Positions 26,855 to 39,947 of a stretch of 64,000 nt of DNA are shown piece after piece (the first letter of the stretch is position 1; each line of letters opens with the position of its first letter). Below the pieces are notes generated by a model, which had not been told where the DNA came from, searched no databases, and saw only the letters and a program-made list of their open reading frames with translations. The position numbers and the translations under genes were made by a program. The stretch covers positions 21,206,001-21,270,000 of the forward strand of contig NC_087250.1 in assembly GCF_037042905.1 (NCBI RefSeq), in the 5' to 3' direction. The DNA is from Lytechinus pictus. Lineage: Eukaryota.

Positions 26855-27330
26855 TTAGGATAGATCTAAAATAAATCATAAAAAAAACAAACACATTAGC
26901 ATTTGACTATTATGATTAATGAATCCCTTGTTCTAAGGTAATTATTGGAATAATTGAGAAGAATTTTTGTTCAATGAAATGCAGGAGTATCGATTATTAT
27001 TATTACTATACACAACAAAAAAGTAAGTCCCCCCTAAATCAAAGTGCTGTAACTTTTGAACGGAATAATTTTGAAACATAATATTTCGTATGTGGTTTTT
27101 TACACTCATTAAGCAACTCCTGGGCGAAAATGGGATTGATCAGTTGAGTCGTGCATGAGTAATCAAAGATTTAATTAAAAATGACAATTTTTGAAAGTTA
27201 CAAGAGTCGTTTTAAGATTGTGTAAATACAAACATGACAAAGTTGGGCAAAGGTTGTTTTGTGGTGAATTTCATGGTGTTAAAGCTGTTTTTCTATCCAG
27301 CATTTAGACACTCCACAAAAAAATTTGATG

Positions 27331-28136
27331 ATAGATAGATAGATAGATAGATAAAATGGTTTATTAAAAGATCATCGCAGCCAAAGGCCGAATTGTGATC
27401 AATTTTACAAACATTCAAGTACATATAAAGTTCTCATACAAAGTATCGTAACAGTTTCTTAAAATGATACACGAACCTATTATGTATATTATGTGATCTT
27501 AGAAAAAGAGTCAGTGGGGAAAAAGGAGAATGCAGTGATAGGTGAGCGAAAATAAAGAAGGAAACTAGAAAAATGTAAAGGGAAGTTGTGAAGGTGTAAG
27601 GGAATGAATGGAAAAGAGAGGAGAGAAAGGGAGGAAAAGAGGAGAAAAGAACAGATCACGTTCATCACATCTTGACATGTACACACCATATCCTATCACA
27701 GATGGTAGCAAGAAAATTGCAGTGAGATTAAAAAAAAAGAAAAACAATAAAAACGTTAACATAGTAAAAAGGTAAAATGATGATAACAAACGTTGTAATT
27801 AAAATGTGGAATCGTCAACAAACAAAATTAGATTGATTACATGTTATTTAAAATATTAACAAAGTATGGAAGAGAGCTACATTGGAAACGTTTAGTTTTG
27901 CATTTATATTGTTGATATTTCAATTGTGATCTTAAAACATAATTACATTGCTGCCTTAGAGGTAAACTATTTGTAAATTGTGGATGCTTGGCAAGAGAAC
28001 TGGCAAAGTCAATACATAACTGTTTTCGTCTTGCCTCTAACGAAGGAATATTGTACGTTTCCAATGCGTTAGCATAGTCTTCATACTGGAATCCAAGCAT
28101 AATCTTACAAATATGTTCATGGTTGAGTGAGCACAT
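27331..28136 (-). mobile_element. 5'-truncated CR1/L2-group LINE 3' end
   Basis: ORF2 C-terminus (Y.NAL...IPSLEARR..LC..FA..KTKRFQ.S.LPY), 3' UTR, stem-loop, AATAAA and a (TATC)n tail. Confidence 0.8.
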
Positions 28137-28489
28137 TCTTTTTTGTGACGTATCATCATAGGGGTTTATGGTAGTATCCCCTGTAACTTGTTAAAACTTG
28201 TTAAAATTTGAAAATGTAAGTGGCTCTCCTCCCCCAATTTCTCGGCACCTTCCCACTTTCAAATTCTTGATCCACCACTGATTTGTCCATAAATTCAACC
28301 GATCCTGAGAAATTGTGAGGAAAAGAATACAGTCTTATGCAGTAAAAAGTGTATTAATTCATAAGTTTTCGAGTGTGCTCGCTCAACCATGAAAGTGTAA
28401 AAAGTTCGGAAAGTGTGTGGGGATAAAAATGATGGGTGATAAAAACAACACCAAATAAGTACATTTCAAACAAAATTTGCCCCCTTTAT

Positions 28490-28765
28490 TAATAATAATA
28501 TAATAATAATAATAATAGCGGTATATTTACCCAGGGTAGCCGCTTCAGTTCCGAAAACTGTTCTCCCAGCGGGCCCTGCTATTATTACCCGCTCAAGCAT
28601 TCAAGGAATTAATCCTGCCGGGTACCCATTTACCTCACCTGGGTCGAGTGCAGCACAATGTGGATAAGTTTCTTGCCGAAGGAAATTACGCCATGGCTGG
28701 GATTCGAACCCACGACCCTCTGTTTCAAAGTCCGAAGACTAATCCACTGGGCCACAACGCTCCAC
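28490..28765 (-). mobile_element. tRNA-derived SINE
   Basis: Head with A box (gtggcccagtgg) and B box (ggttcgaatcc), body with gtaaatgggtacc, (ATT)n tail. A truncated relative lies at ~31500-31710. Confidence 0.8.
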
Positions 28766-30339
28766 AATTCACTTTATAAACCCTCAAAATGAGTCTGTGA
28801 CATTTGAAAATGCCCCCTTTCCCCCTTCGAGGCGTGCTCACTAATCCATAGATAAACAAATCGATTTCATTTTTGCATAGAATTCTGCACATAGGTTGAT
28901 AAACATTACTACTAAATGATACTGCTCAAGACAGCTTTGAAAAAAAGTTTCACCATATTAAATGAGGGGTTACTTATTCTCAAGCATATGCACCCATAGT
29001 GTACACAATGTCTATGAGAGAGGAATTCAAAATTTCAACAAAATTGAAATAAGGGTTTGTTTCATAGACGGTTTTTGTTACTTCTGCCAATAGTTTTCTA
29101 CTGAAACTTCGCACATGGCTTCAGAGTGGCACTATCCAAAAGGCGCGCACACCAAAATAACCATTCGATACGTCACAGAGTGAGGCCAAGGCCTAGAACT
29201 TTCATCTCATTTGCATAATTTTCGAATATTGTGTGCTCAATGAAGCATTAAACATCGGGATTTTCATAAAAATCAAATCAAATTAACTATGCAAGGAGGC
29301 TTATATGACAGATATCCATAATTAGCAATTGCATTTTTATCCAATAACGTAAATAAGATCTTATCACATTCCACATGTTCAATTAAACGCTTTTGAATCA
29401 TTCTGACTATTTTTCATGGTGAGAATGTGGAAATCGTTCCAATAAACTGGAATCAAAGTCATGATATTTTCCTTGTGACTTTTAAAAAGTGACAATTTTG
29501 CCTTATTGGGATGCTCAATGAAGCATGACATTAAATGCGTCCGTAACATTCATAAGAGGGGAGCTTATAGAATTACCAACACGCTCATGTAAAAATATAT
29601 TAAAAACTCCCAGTGGTTCGGAAATTATGGATGTTTGTTTAAGGGGGGACTTACTTTTTTTGTTGTGTATTAGTATTAGTAGTAGTAGTAGCAGCAGTAT
29701 ATTATGATTATTTCAGCAATGAATAGTTTATCGAATTGGTGCAATGTAATACAACACATGAAGTACAGATTGAGAACCCACTAGACTGCCAGGGTCAAAT
29801 CGTAGTCAGTAAAGACCATTTGGCCCTATCCAGTGGGTGCTTACATATAAGCAAAATCTGAGAACTGATCGATGGTGATAAGGGTAATACTACGAGCAAG
29901 AATAAAAAAAAAAAAAACATGGACCTGGTACAAAATACTGAAGATCGTTGTTTCACGTTGCTTTGTCTTGAAACAGATACCTGGGATGAACTTGGCCAGT
30001 TGATAGTATATTATAATAAAACTTTTCATGCAATTGAAACTATCGACATGATTGATCGAAAGGCAATCGACTATTTGTATACCGGTTTTCCGGCCTCGCC
30101 TGAGTGGTCCATGTCGTTCTCACGCTCTGTATCTTCTCATCAACATTTTACAAAGCTAAATCTTCATGAGTGCCTGGGATTCAAAAAATATGAAACAAGT
30201 TTATTGGCGCTAAAAACAGTTCACTGCCGTAAAGTTTTAGATTAAGTTTTAGATTTCTGCAAACTAAGTATTTAGATTTCTGTAAACTTAGTTTTAGTAT
30301 AATGATGAAACTACACAAGGTGTGATTATTCGGTCCAAT

Positions 30340-30730
30340 GCAAATTGGATCGAATATGAAGAAAAGTAATCAATAAATTTTCTTACACTAGAAAAACAAC
30401 ATACATTTAATTCTACTGACCGAAGACTTTTAAAAGAAGATATTATCAAAGACGGAAAGGACATTTTACAAAACATGAAACACGTTTACAGGCAGCTGGA
30501 TACAAAACAAAACGTTAACACAACAGATGAGAATGCAAATATTTTGTTTTTTTAACAAGATGACATAGACTCTGAATCTTCCGCCAAATCATGTGATGGG
30601 CTCATCACTGAACATAAGCTTAAAAAAGTATTGACGGAAATGAATGTGGAAAGTTTCCGGGGATTGATGAACTTTCCAAGTAATTTTTTAGGGACGTTTT
30701 AAAGGATCCCTTACATGTTTCATTGAATAT
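30340..30730 (+). pseudogene. Highly degenerate L1/Tx1-like ORF2 fragment
   Basis: Broken translation DGKDIL..YRQL..CDGLITE..GK.PG.D, typical of the pre-RT region. Confidence 0.45.
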
Positions 30731-32639
30731 TTTCTTTTCAAGAAAATTAACTGTCAGCAGGGATTTGAGAGTCTCCCTCTCACGTCCCTGCTGTCAGCAA
30801 GTCAAAAGCAAAGTGTCATATCTTTACTTTGTAAGTCAAATATAAACTTCTTTTGGAGAGTTAAAATTTCAGTTTCAGTTTGGCTTATTTTCATTATTAT
30901 CGATCGCTTCGGGAGTTTTTCTTACATGTAAATACTTTTTTGATATGCGCCATACTGTGCCCCCTCTATTTTGTCCCCTTTTTACTCATCTCGCTACTCC
31001 TGCATAGAGCTTTGCGCCAACGCTTGCGTACATATCATGGAAAATTCTATTCACGATGATATGACCTGGGAACTTTTGGCTCTTGACCATCCTCCGCCCA
31101 CCGACCCTCGACCCCTGATACGCCCCGGTCTTAAAGTTTGTATAATATTGTATTGGGAGCAGGCCCAGTATTGAATTTTTATCAGGAGGGGTGAGGTCTG
31201 GAATGTATTTTTACTTCTTTAGCGAGTGAAATTATCGAGCACCTCAGATCATCATGGTGTTTTAAAGACAATTACAAATTCAACGTTTCATCGTTGTTCA
31301 TGACGTTATGTTTCGTAGTGTTATTCAGAATTTATTTTGTCAGAACAATAATTTCAAACCGCAAATTTCTATACTATTTCATTTCTAATTTAAAATGTCT
31401 AAGTGGGTTAAAGCTCTGTATGAAAGTTTGGAAGGTTGTGCCCCCTCACACCTATCCGGATTGCCTGAAATATGCCTTGCGATGGCCGGCGAAAGGCATT
31501 TGAATAATAATACTACTAATAATAGGCATTTATATAGTGCCATCTATCTAGAAATATTATATTCCGAGGCGCGTTGTTATTATTATTACCCCGGCTTTAG
31601 CTCGAGCTGCGTTTCAGCGCTCATGCATTTAAGGAATTAATCCTGCCGAGTACCCATTCACCTTACCTCGAGTGCAGCACAATGTGGATAAATTTCTTGC
31701 TGAAGGAAAATCGTTTTCAATGGTAACTGATAGTAAATCATATTTACCCTTCGTGTTTGGGCTCGTACATTTTTTGAACTATCTGTTGCGATTGTTCAAA
31801 TTCGCGCGGAAATTTTGAATGTGTTTGAAATTTCCCGACGAATCGAAAAATCGTTGGTCATCTGTTTAAATTCGCATCTCATATTTCGTTTGCGGTAATT
31901 GTTCGTTGATCGTTTGTGTGCTTTTGTCGCGCATAGTCCCTCTTCGCGCTTTCGCCAAAGTGGACCGATCTCGAAAGAACCAGTAGCGAAGCAACACGAT
32001 GACACAACGAACAAGATTGCCCGATCTATTCCCTCGTATTCGTTTCTAATCGCACGCCATATCAAACCATTGCTCACTGTTCGCTCGCCTTCGGCCGCAA
32101 TTTTCTCAAAGAGGTGAACCGGAAACTCAATATCCTTTGCACGTCATATTTATCCTTCGCTAACCGTTCGTTCATAAAATTTGACAATAGTTCTAATCGC
32201 ATGATTTTATTTGAATTCGTTGAATTCGCGTGCATTTCTTTCATTTTTTCCATTCGTCACCCTTCGTCCGCCTACATTCGGTCAGGTGTGAGGGGGCTCT
32301 AAATAATGGTAAATCTACTCAATACTTTCAAATTACGAGACGAGTAAGACAGGTTGATCACCCCTACTTATGACATCTTTAGAAACAATTGCTATACGTA
32401 TTAGAAATTCAGTTGATGTAAGAGGTATTGATACCAGTGAATTTAAACTGTCTTAAATAGCAGACAAGTTTGCTCATTCTGTTCAGATTTTAATTTTCTA
32501 AACTCATTATTTGATATTATACAACAAGTTTGAAAAATGTCCAAGTTTAACCATTTTATACAATATTTTTTGATGGTTTCTTGCCAATTCGAGGGTGCTG
32601 ATTACGAATCTGAATGATGCCACTCGTGTAACATTGAGC

Positions 32640-35005
32640 ATTTTCCGCAAATTGGCAAAATCCAATATGGCCGCCAAAATATGCAAATTACCCATGAAAA
32701 TCATAAAATTGCCCGCACATTGGTTATAAAATATATTTATTTGCGTTGCAGAAGTGAAACACTCTCTGAAAAAAAAACGATTTTTGCCAAAAAATTAGAT
32801 TCTAGATATTCAAAATGGCCGCCATAGACCCATGTATTCTATATTATGTACAATATGATTGGGAAAACTAAATTTCACAAAAGTGAGAACTAAAATGCAC
32901 GTAATTGTGATTTTTAGTGAAATAATGGATGAAAACATGATTGCTAACGAAATGTATTATTTGTTATATCATGTATGTAATAAATGAAGCATTTTAATAT
33001 TCAAAAAGCCGCCTAATGCCCTTCCAGTATTATGTACAATGCTAATGGGGACAAAAGAAAATCACAAGAGTAAGTAGGAAATGCATATTACTAGTATTAA
33101 TAAAAGCGAGTGGAATACTGGCTAAAAAAATATTTTTCAACGAAATATTAATGCAATTTATGTGTTAAATGCTGTATTTTGACATTCAAAATGGCCGCCA
33201 TAGGCCCATTATACGTTATATAGGCCTACAATGCGATTGGAGAAATTAATTTTCACAAGAGTAAGAATTAAAAATGCATGTTATTGTGATCACCGAGTAA
33301 AATAATGTCTGAAAACGTGTTTTCTAGCAAAACATATCATTTCTTTTTATTCATGCCTGAGATAAATACTGTGTTGTGAAATCCAAAATGGCCCCTATAG
33401 GCCCTAATAGTATTATCTACAATGTAAATTCTAAGAATTTGGATTTACTTGACTATGAAATCCATAAAATCCTGTTGTATGATAAAACAGTATTTGAAAA
33501 CATGATTTTTATAAAATATAGCATTTCTTCTACCATGTTAGTGATAAATACTGTATTTTGACATTCAAAATAGCTGATACAAGCCCTAACTAAATAATTT
33601 TACATGCGTATAGGGAATCTACTTTTTACAAGAGCGAGAATCATCAAATGCATGTAACTGTGATGTATGGGTAAAATATTGTCTTAAATATGGTTTCTAA
33701 ATAAATACATCACATATTGGTCATGGAGGTAATAAATGTTGTACTTTGACATTCAAAATGGCTGCCATAGGTCCTAAAAGTAGTATGTACATTGTAATTT
33801 GGGAAATATGATTTGGACATAATTTGGCTTTGCTTGACTATGAATATTGCATATAATTGTGATGTAAGAGTGAAATATTGTCTAAAACCATGGTTCTTAA
33901 CGAGGTATATCATATCTGGTGCATTTAAGGTGATAAATGCTGCATTCTGAAATGGAAAATGGTCGCAATGGCCCTTATTGTATTATGTACAATTTGAATG
34001 AGGACAGATAATTTTCACAAAAGGGCATATGGCGGCCATTTTGAATTTTGAAATATAAAATTTTCACCTAAATTTTAGATGATATGATATATTTCGTTAG
34101 TAATTATGTTTTCAGACAATATTTTACTCATACAACACCATTTAGTCAAGCAAAGCCAAAATCTGTTAAAATTATTTGTCCCCATTCCCATTGTACATAA
34201 TACTGTTGGGGCCTTAAGCGGCCATTTTGACTTTCAAAATGCAGTACGTATCACCTACCTGGCAGAAGAACTGATACATCTTGTTAGAAATTATGTATTC
34301 AGACAACATTTTACTCATAGATCACAATTACGTGCATTAATGGTGTTCACTCGTGTGAAAATTTATTTATTTACTAGTTCGCATTGTACATAATACAATC
34401 AATGTCTATGGCGGCCATTTTGAAAGTCAAATTACGGTATTAAACACAAACTTAAAACCTGAATGATATATTACGTTAAAAATTATGTTTTAGACAGTAT
34501 CCCATTTATTCTTCACAAAAAATTGCATTTCAGTGCTCACTCTTGTAATTTCTTTGGTCCTCTTTATCATTGTACATAATACTGTAAGGGCCTTTCGCGG
34601 CCATTTTGAATATCAAAATACAGCATTCATCACATTCATGGCATATTGAATAATATATTTTGCTAGCAATTGTGTTTTTAGTCAGAATTCCATTCGTTTA
34701 TCATAATAATATGCATTTTAGTGCTCACTGTTGTGATTTTTGTTGGCCCCTTTGCCATAGAAAATAATACCATTTGGGCCAGTGGCAGCTATTTTGAATA
34801 TTAAATACAACAATTTTCCCGTACACGACATAATAAATGATATATTATGTTAACATTGATGATTTTCATATATTACTTCGTCCATAGATCACAATTACTT
34901 GCAGTTTAGTGATATTTTATGTGAAAAAATCATTTTCTCTACTCATATTGTACATAAACAGATAAAAGGGTATACAGAGGTCTGTGGCGGTCATTTTGAA
35001 TATTG
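32640..35005. repeat. Degenerate foldback array built on the CAAAATGGCCGCC motif
   Basis: The motif recurs every ~190 bp in forward orientation to ~33970, then as GGCGGCCATTTTG from ~34030 to 35000. Confidence 0.7.
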
Positions 35006-35329
35006 AGCAATTGAGTTAACATGTAGGATTTATCTAGTATTGGTATAATGTGGGCAAAGAGCACGCAAAGTAAACTTAATATGACGTTAGGTTAGCTTTG
35101 GCCTGCAGAGTATAGTGACTGCACTACGAGTGCTGATTTTCTAGTTTAAATTTGAACTAGAAAATCAGCACTCGTAGTGCAGTCACTATACAAGCACTGT
35201 AAGTGCTAAATTAGCACTTCATTTTCAGCACTCGTTGTGCAGTCACTATACAAGCACTGTAAGTTATAAATTAGCACTTCATATTTACAGTGTATACATG
35301 CCTGTTAATTTGTGTTCTGTTTTCCCACT

Positions 35330-35790
35330 TTACTCTATCAATAATGATGATTTTCTTAACCGTGTAAAACAAACTAACAAACTAAAGTTATAACTTATGA
35401 TGAATAAAATAATATGGTTGAAAATATAAGACTAAATGATTCTGCTCCCATTCTCGATTTTGAATTTGATCAGCAATATGTAAATGATTGCAAATACTAT
35501 TCCGACGATGACTTCAAAGAATCTATTGACCCTAGTTTGGTTCAGTGCTATCCACTTTAACTCGAGGAGCATGGTAAAAAATCGATCAAATTTCTGCGTA
35601 CCTGAGCAGCCTTTTTTATCAATTTTACGGCTATAGGTATAACTGAGACTTGGTAAAACTCAGAAAACGAAAATCGGTTCATATTGGATGGTTATAACTT
35701 CGTCAATGATAATATAAGATTCGGTAGAGGAGGAGGCATTGGAGCATATTTACATGAACGACTAATCTATCGATTGCAAAACGATCAAAA
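35330..35790 (+). pseudogene. Degenerate CR1/L2-like endonuclease fragment
   Basis: Broken IHFNSRSM..IGITETW..RGGG motifs of an APE domain. Confidence 0.5.
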
Positions 35791-35834
35791 TCCGAAATGT
35801 TCTTCATGAGAACTATTTTCATTGGAATTAATAC

Positions 35835-37750
35835 AGGGGCAGATCCAGTCTTCGCCAAGAGGGAGGGGGGGGGGGGCCGGAATTTTTTTTCAGCCATATT
35901 TTCCCCGATCGGCCGCTTGAAGATGATTTTTGTGTGTTCTTTTGAAGGGGTAGTCCTGATAGTCACTTCTTAGCTTTATTCTTATACAGCGAAATATATA
36001 GTATCATACATGTAGTCCTTGTTTATATAATGCGAGCGCAAAGCGCGAGCGAATTTTTTGTTATTTATGTATTTTGTTCTAAAATTTGAACATTCTGGGC
36101 AATGTTTGTTTTACAAACAAAAAATGTGTGTGCAACTAACTAATTACCACAAACGCGAAGCGCGAGCGGAAATTTTAATACATGTTTTGAACTGATCGAA
36201 TAGGAACCTAGCTGATAATATTTTGAATAAAATGTTGAACGGAAATAAAATCTACATGTAAATCTAAATCTAAATCTAGCTGTTAAGGACTGCTTGCAGT
36301 TAGCCATGAAGACGATTCAACAATCAAGTACTGCGAGCGCGAAGCGCGAGCTGAAAGTTTTTGACATTTCTACCTAAAGAATGGAAATTCTAAGCACTTT
36401 TTGTAACTTAAACAGCATGAACAGGAAAGCTTTATATTTAAACAATTGATGCGAGCGCGTAGCGCGAGCTGAAAATTTCGAGATTTAGAACTAAACGAGA
36501 CACTCTATTCATGTTTTGTAAATCATGTAAAGGATGAGTAATTGCGATCTTCCTTACAATAATAATTCGAGCCCAAAGCGCGAGCATAACATTTTTATAT
36601 ACGTTTTGAACTGATCAAAAAGGAACCTGTTAAGGACTGCTTGCAGTTAGCCATGAATACGTTACATATTTCAACAATCAAATAGTGTGAGCGCGAGATG
36701 AAAATTTTTGACATTTCTATCTAAGGAATGGAAATTCTAAGCACTCTATTCATTTTTCGTAATGAAAAGGATGAGTAATTGGGGATCTTCCTTAAAATAA
36801 TAATTCGAGTGCAAAGCGCGAGCTGAAAATCCATGACAGTGGAAAATTTTAATCAATTTTTGTAATCATGAACAAGATAGCTATATAACTAAGCAATTGA
36901 TGCGAGCGCGAGCGGGAAAAAAATCTAGATTAAGACCTAAAAACGGACAATCTATTCATGTTTTGTCAATCATGAAAAAGTATTAGTAATAGGGGATCTT
37001 CCTACATTAATAATGCGAGCACAAAGCACGAGCAGAATTTTTTCTATATTGTGATCTGAAACTGGATAATGATATATAGAGAACAGGTTGCCTATCTGAA
37101 TAAGCATGCGCGCACTTGTTTCAGATTTAGACCTAGAATCTAAGCATTCAAATACATCTTTTGTCATGAAAATCAATAAAGCGAGCGCGAACCGCGATTT
37201 CAAAATATATCATATTCCGATCTGCAAAAGGGTTAATTTATGTATCACTCTTAATAAAAAAGCTGGGGTCCTTTTCATAGAGAGTTATGTACAACTGTGT
37301 AACTTTGCCATTATGTCAACTACCATGGCAACAGGGCTCAGCAGCCAATCACAATCAATTTTACCATGGTAGTTGCCATAATGGCCAAGTTATAACAGTT
37401 GTAACTCTTTATGAAATGGGCCCCTGATATTTTTCATTATTATTGAGTTATGATATATAGGACCGGGACACCCTAAGGGCATTTTGTCATCATATTGAAA
37501 TGATGACTATCTTCCTATTCCTCTTCCTAAGAGCGACATGAAACTTGTCGATATTCTGAACAAAGGGACAATTTTGTTATTAAATCAATAACTTATTTAT
37601 TATTTGTAAAGCATAATGAGAACGCGAAATATGTTAATATTATGGCCTGAAAACTAGACATTTCAAAAATTTTTGAAATTATGAATAGGATGCATGAGTT
37701 AATATATGTTTTTAACAATTAATGCCAGCACAAATCGGTGCCGAAATTTT
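35835..37750 (+). repeat. Interspersed element with repeated gcgagcgcgaagcgcgagc units
   Basis: Starts caggggcagatccag plus a G-run; degenerate ~120-bp units. Related motifs occur at 13885-14770 and 47610-47635. Confidence 0.6.
37263..37427. mobile_element. Small MITE
   Basis: ctggggtccttttcatagagagtta / taactcttttatgaaatgggcccctg inverted ends. Confidence 0.6.
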
Positions 37751-38087
37751 TGATGAACTGTCATGAAATTGGGATTTCTAGTAATATCATCTTCCATTTT
37801 CTATACTGATAACGTACACGTAGGTAGATATCTTTCGCAAAAGACAATATGTGACTCGTCATACCGAAATGAGAGACAACTCGGAATTTTTCAAATCCAA
37901 GTTTTGTAGTGATTATTGTTCTCCGTTTCTTTACCTTTAATTTGATATATCACTCGACCCTTAAGAGTAAATAATAGAGGAGATATTAGCCTTAGAATGC
38001 AAGAAGAATTGGGCTTTTGAAAATAAAAATCAAGAGAAAAACGCCTTCGAAGTTTGACTTCCGTTTTGAATCCGCTCCATGAAAAAA

Positions 38088-39947
38088 TAGTGGGTTTTCG
38101 CCCAGCGTCGTACGACGCTATCTACGACGTAGAACGATATCTTTGTTCGTGCGTCCGTCGCGCTCAACTCTCGCTTGTAAGCAGTTTCGCAAATCGCTGA
38201 ACGCGGCCGGATCGACCGGCTGGCATGGTTGGCATGTAAAGCCCCTTTCACAATTGACGTACGACCATTTGCGACCTTTTGGTCGTGCGACAGGCTGCAA
38301 CAGGCATCAATCGCTAGTCATCTCATAAGATCGCACAGAGGCTTTCACAGTTGCAACAGCCGTCGTACAACAAAAACAACCAGTAAACCCCGTTGCACGA
38401 GTAAGTCGCATATGCTCTTATTGTGCTCGTGCGATCACATGCGAGTGTTGCACGAGGGATTGCGAGTGGAACGGTCGCATACATGCGAATGAAACGGTAG
38501 TGCAATGTTGTAAGCCGTTGCGATCGGTCTTGCAACAGTCTTATGGCCCATATTATTATCGCAACCAGTCGCAAGACAGGTCTCTGTACATGTACGTCGC
38601 TTGCACATGTGCAAGTGTTGCACGACCTCCAGTCAAGTTAATGCGACTACTTAGTTGTGCCACCTCTCGCACCAAGTCGTACAACGTTGAACAACACTCG
38701 CACGATGATCGCCCGACCGATGGTACGACCCCGGGTACGGCCTGATGCGAGTGAATCGATCGTATTTGATCGCGTTCGGATTTTGAACATGTTCAAAGTT
38801 CAGATGTGACCAGTCACGACCACCTCGAGTTCGTGCGACCGTCTACAACGACTGCGAGTGCTCGCAAGACACCAAGAGATCGATCGTGCAACAACAAGAA
38901 AAAACTGTTGCAGGCAGTCGTAAACTGGTCGGACGTCAATTGTGAAAGGGGCTGAACGGTCGTATACATGCGAATGCAACGGTAGTGGAATGTAGTAAGC
39001 CGTAATTTCGATCGGTCTTGCAACAGTCTCATATTATCGCACCCAGTCGCAAGACTGGTCTCTGTAGGTCTCCAGCACATGTGCAAGTGTTGTACGACCT
39101 CCAGTCGACTAAATGCGACTATACTTAGTTGTGCCACCTCTCGCACCAAGTCGTACAACGTTGAACAACACTCACACGATGATCGCCCGACCGATGGTAC
39201 GACCTGTTGCGAGTGAATCAATCGTATTTGATCGCGTTTGGATTTTGAACATGTTCAAAGTTCAGATGCGACCAGTCACGATCACCTCCGACCACCTCGA
39301 GTTTGTGCGATCGTCTACAACGACTGCGAGTGCTCGCAAGACACCAAGGGATCGATCGTGCAACAACAAGAAAAAACTGTTGCAGGTGGTCGTAAACAGG
39401 TCGTACGTCAATTGTGAAAGGGGCTTAATGTTGACACGCCAACATGTGCATTGTATATGTTCCTACTATGTGCACACAACTGGCAGTGCCATGTGTCTTG
39501 CAGTCGCGTCGTCGACCGAGCCATGCAACGGCTTTTCAATCATATTTCAATAATCATACTCGTTTAAACTTCTACTGTAACATTTTGAAATTATACTTAG
39601 CTTGATTTTAGTATAATTGAAATGGTACTCACCGAAAAACTCGCATTCGAGTCCATGTTTTGAAGCTTTCAGCTATCAGTGTAGTCAGAGTAGAGTACAA
39701 CATGTGCATGCACGCGATGGGCGAATGTGTTTACATCGATCGGCTCAGCTTGCTCGCTCTACAAGCGATCTGATTGGCTGTTGACGGCTGTTGACAAATC
39801 CTACGTTCTAATGCGGACGCCCGCTAATTTGCGGAAGAACCGTCCGTGATTTGAGCTCAAGAACGCTCGGGCCTCTGTTTCCATGAAAGTTGGCGATTTT
39901 TGCACACGTACGTTCTACGTCGTACGACGCTGGGCGAAAACCCACTA
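38088..39947. mobile_element. Nested element with a 30-bp perfect TIR
   Basis: TAGTGGGTTTTCGCCCAGCGTCGTACGACG and its reverse complement. The TSD is ambiguous (TA or AAT). Confidence 0.85.
38240..39425. mobile_element. PIF/Harbinger-like MITE with a tandemly duplicated right half
   Basis: TIR AGCCCCTTTCACAATTGACGTACGACC, TAA TSD. ~38469-38953 is repeated at ~38954-39425, leaving an internal TIR copy. Confidence 0.85.

Larger units (their letters stand above)
27011..29667. mobile_element. TA-flanked CAC-terminus DNA transposon derivative
   Basis: TIR CACAACAAAAAAGTAAGTCCCCCC at both ends, TA on both sides; carries LINE and SINE insertions. Confidence 0.85.

Noticed and set aside
30647..30659. 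NF-kB-like site GGAAAGTTTCC upstream of the NLR
   Set aside because: It is a single imperfect match inside a LINE fossil and is expected by chance.
38030..39553. Dense overlapping Cys/Arg-rich ORFs
   Set aside because: They lie within a GC-rich repetitive MITE and show no transposase motifs.
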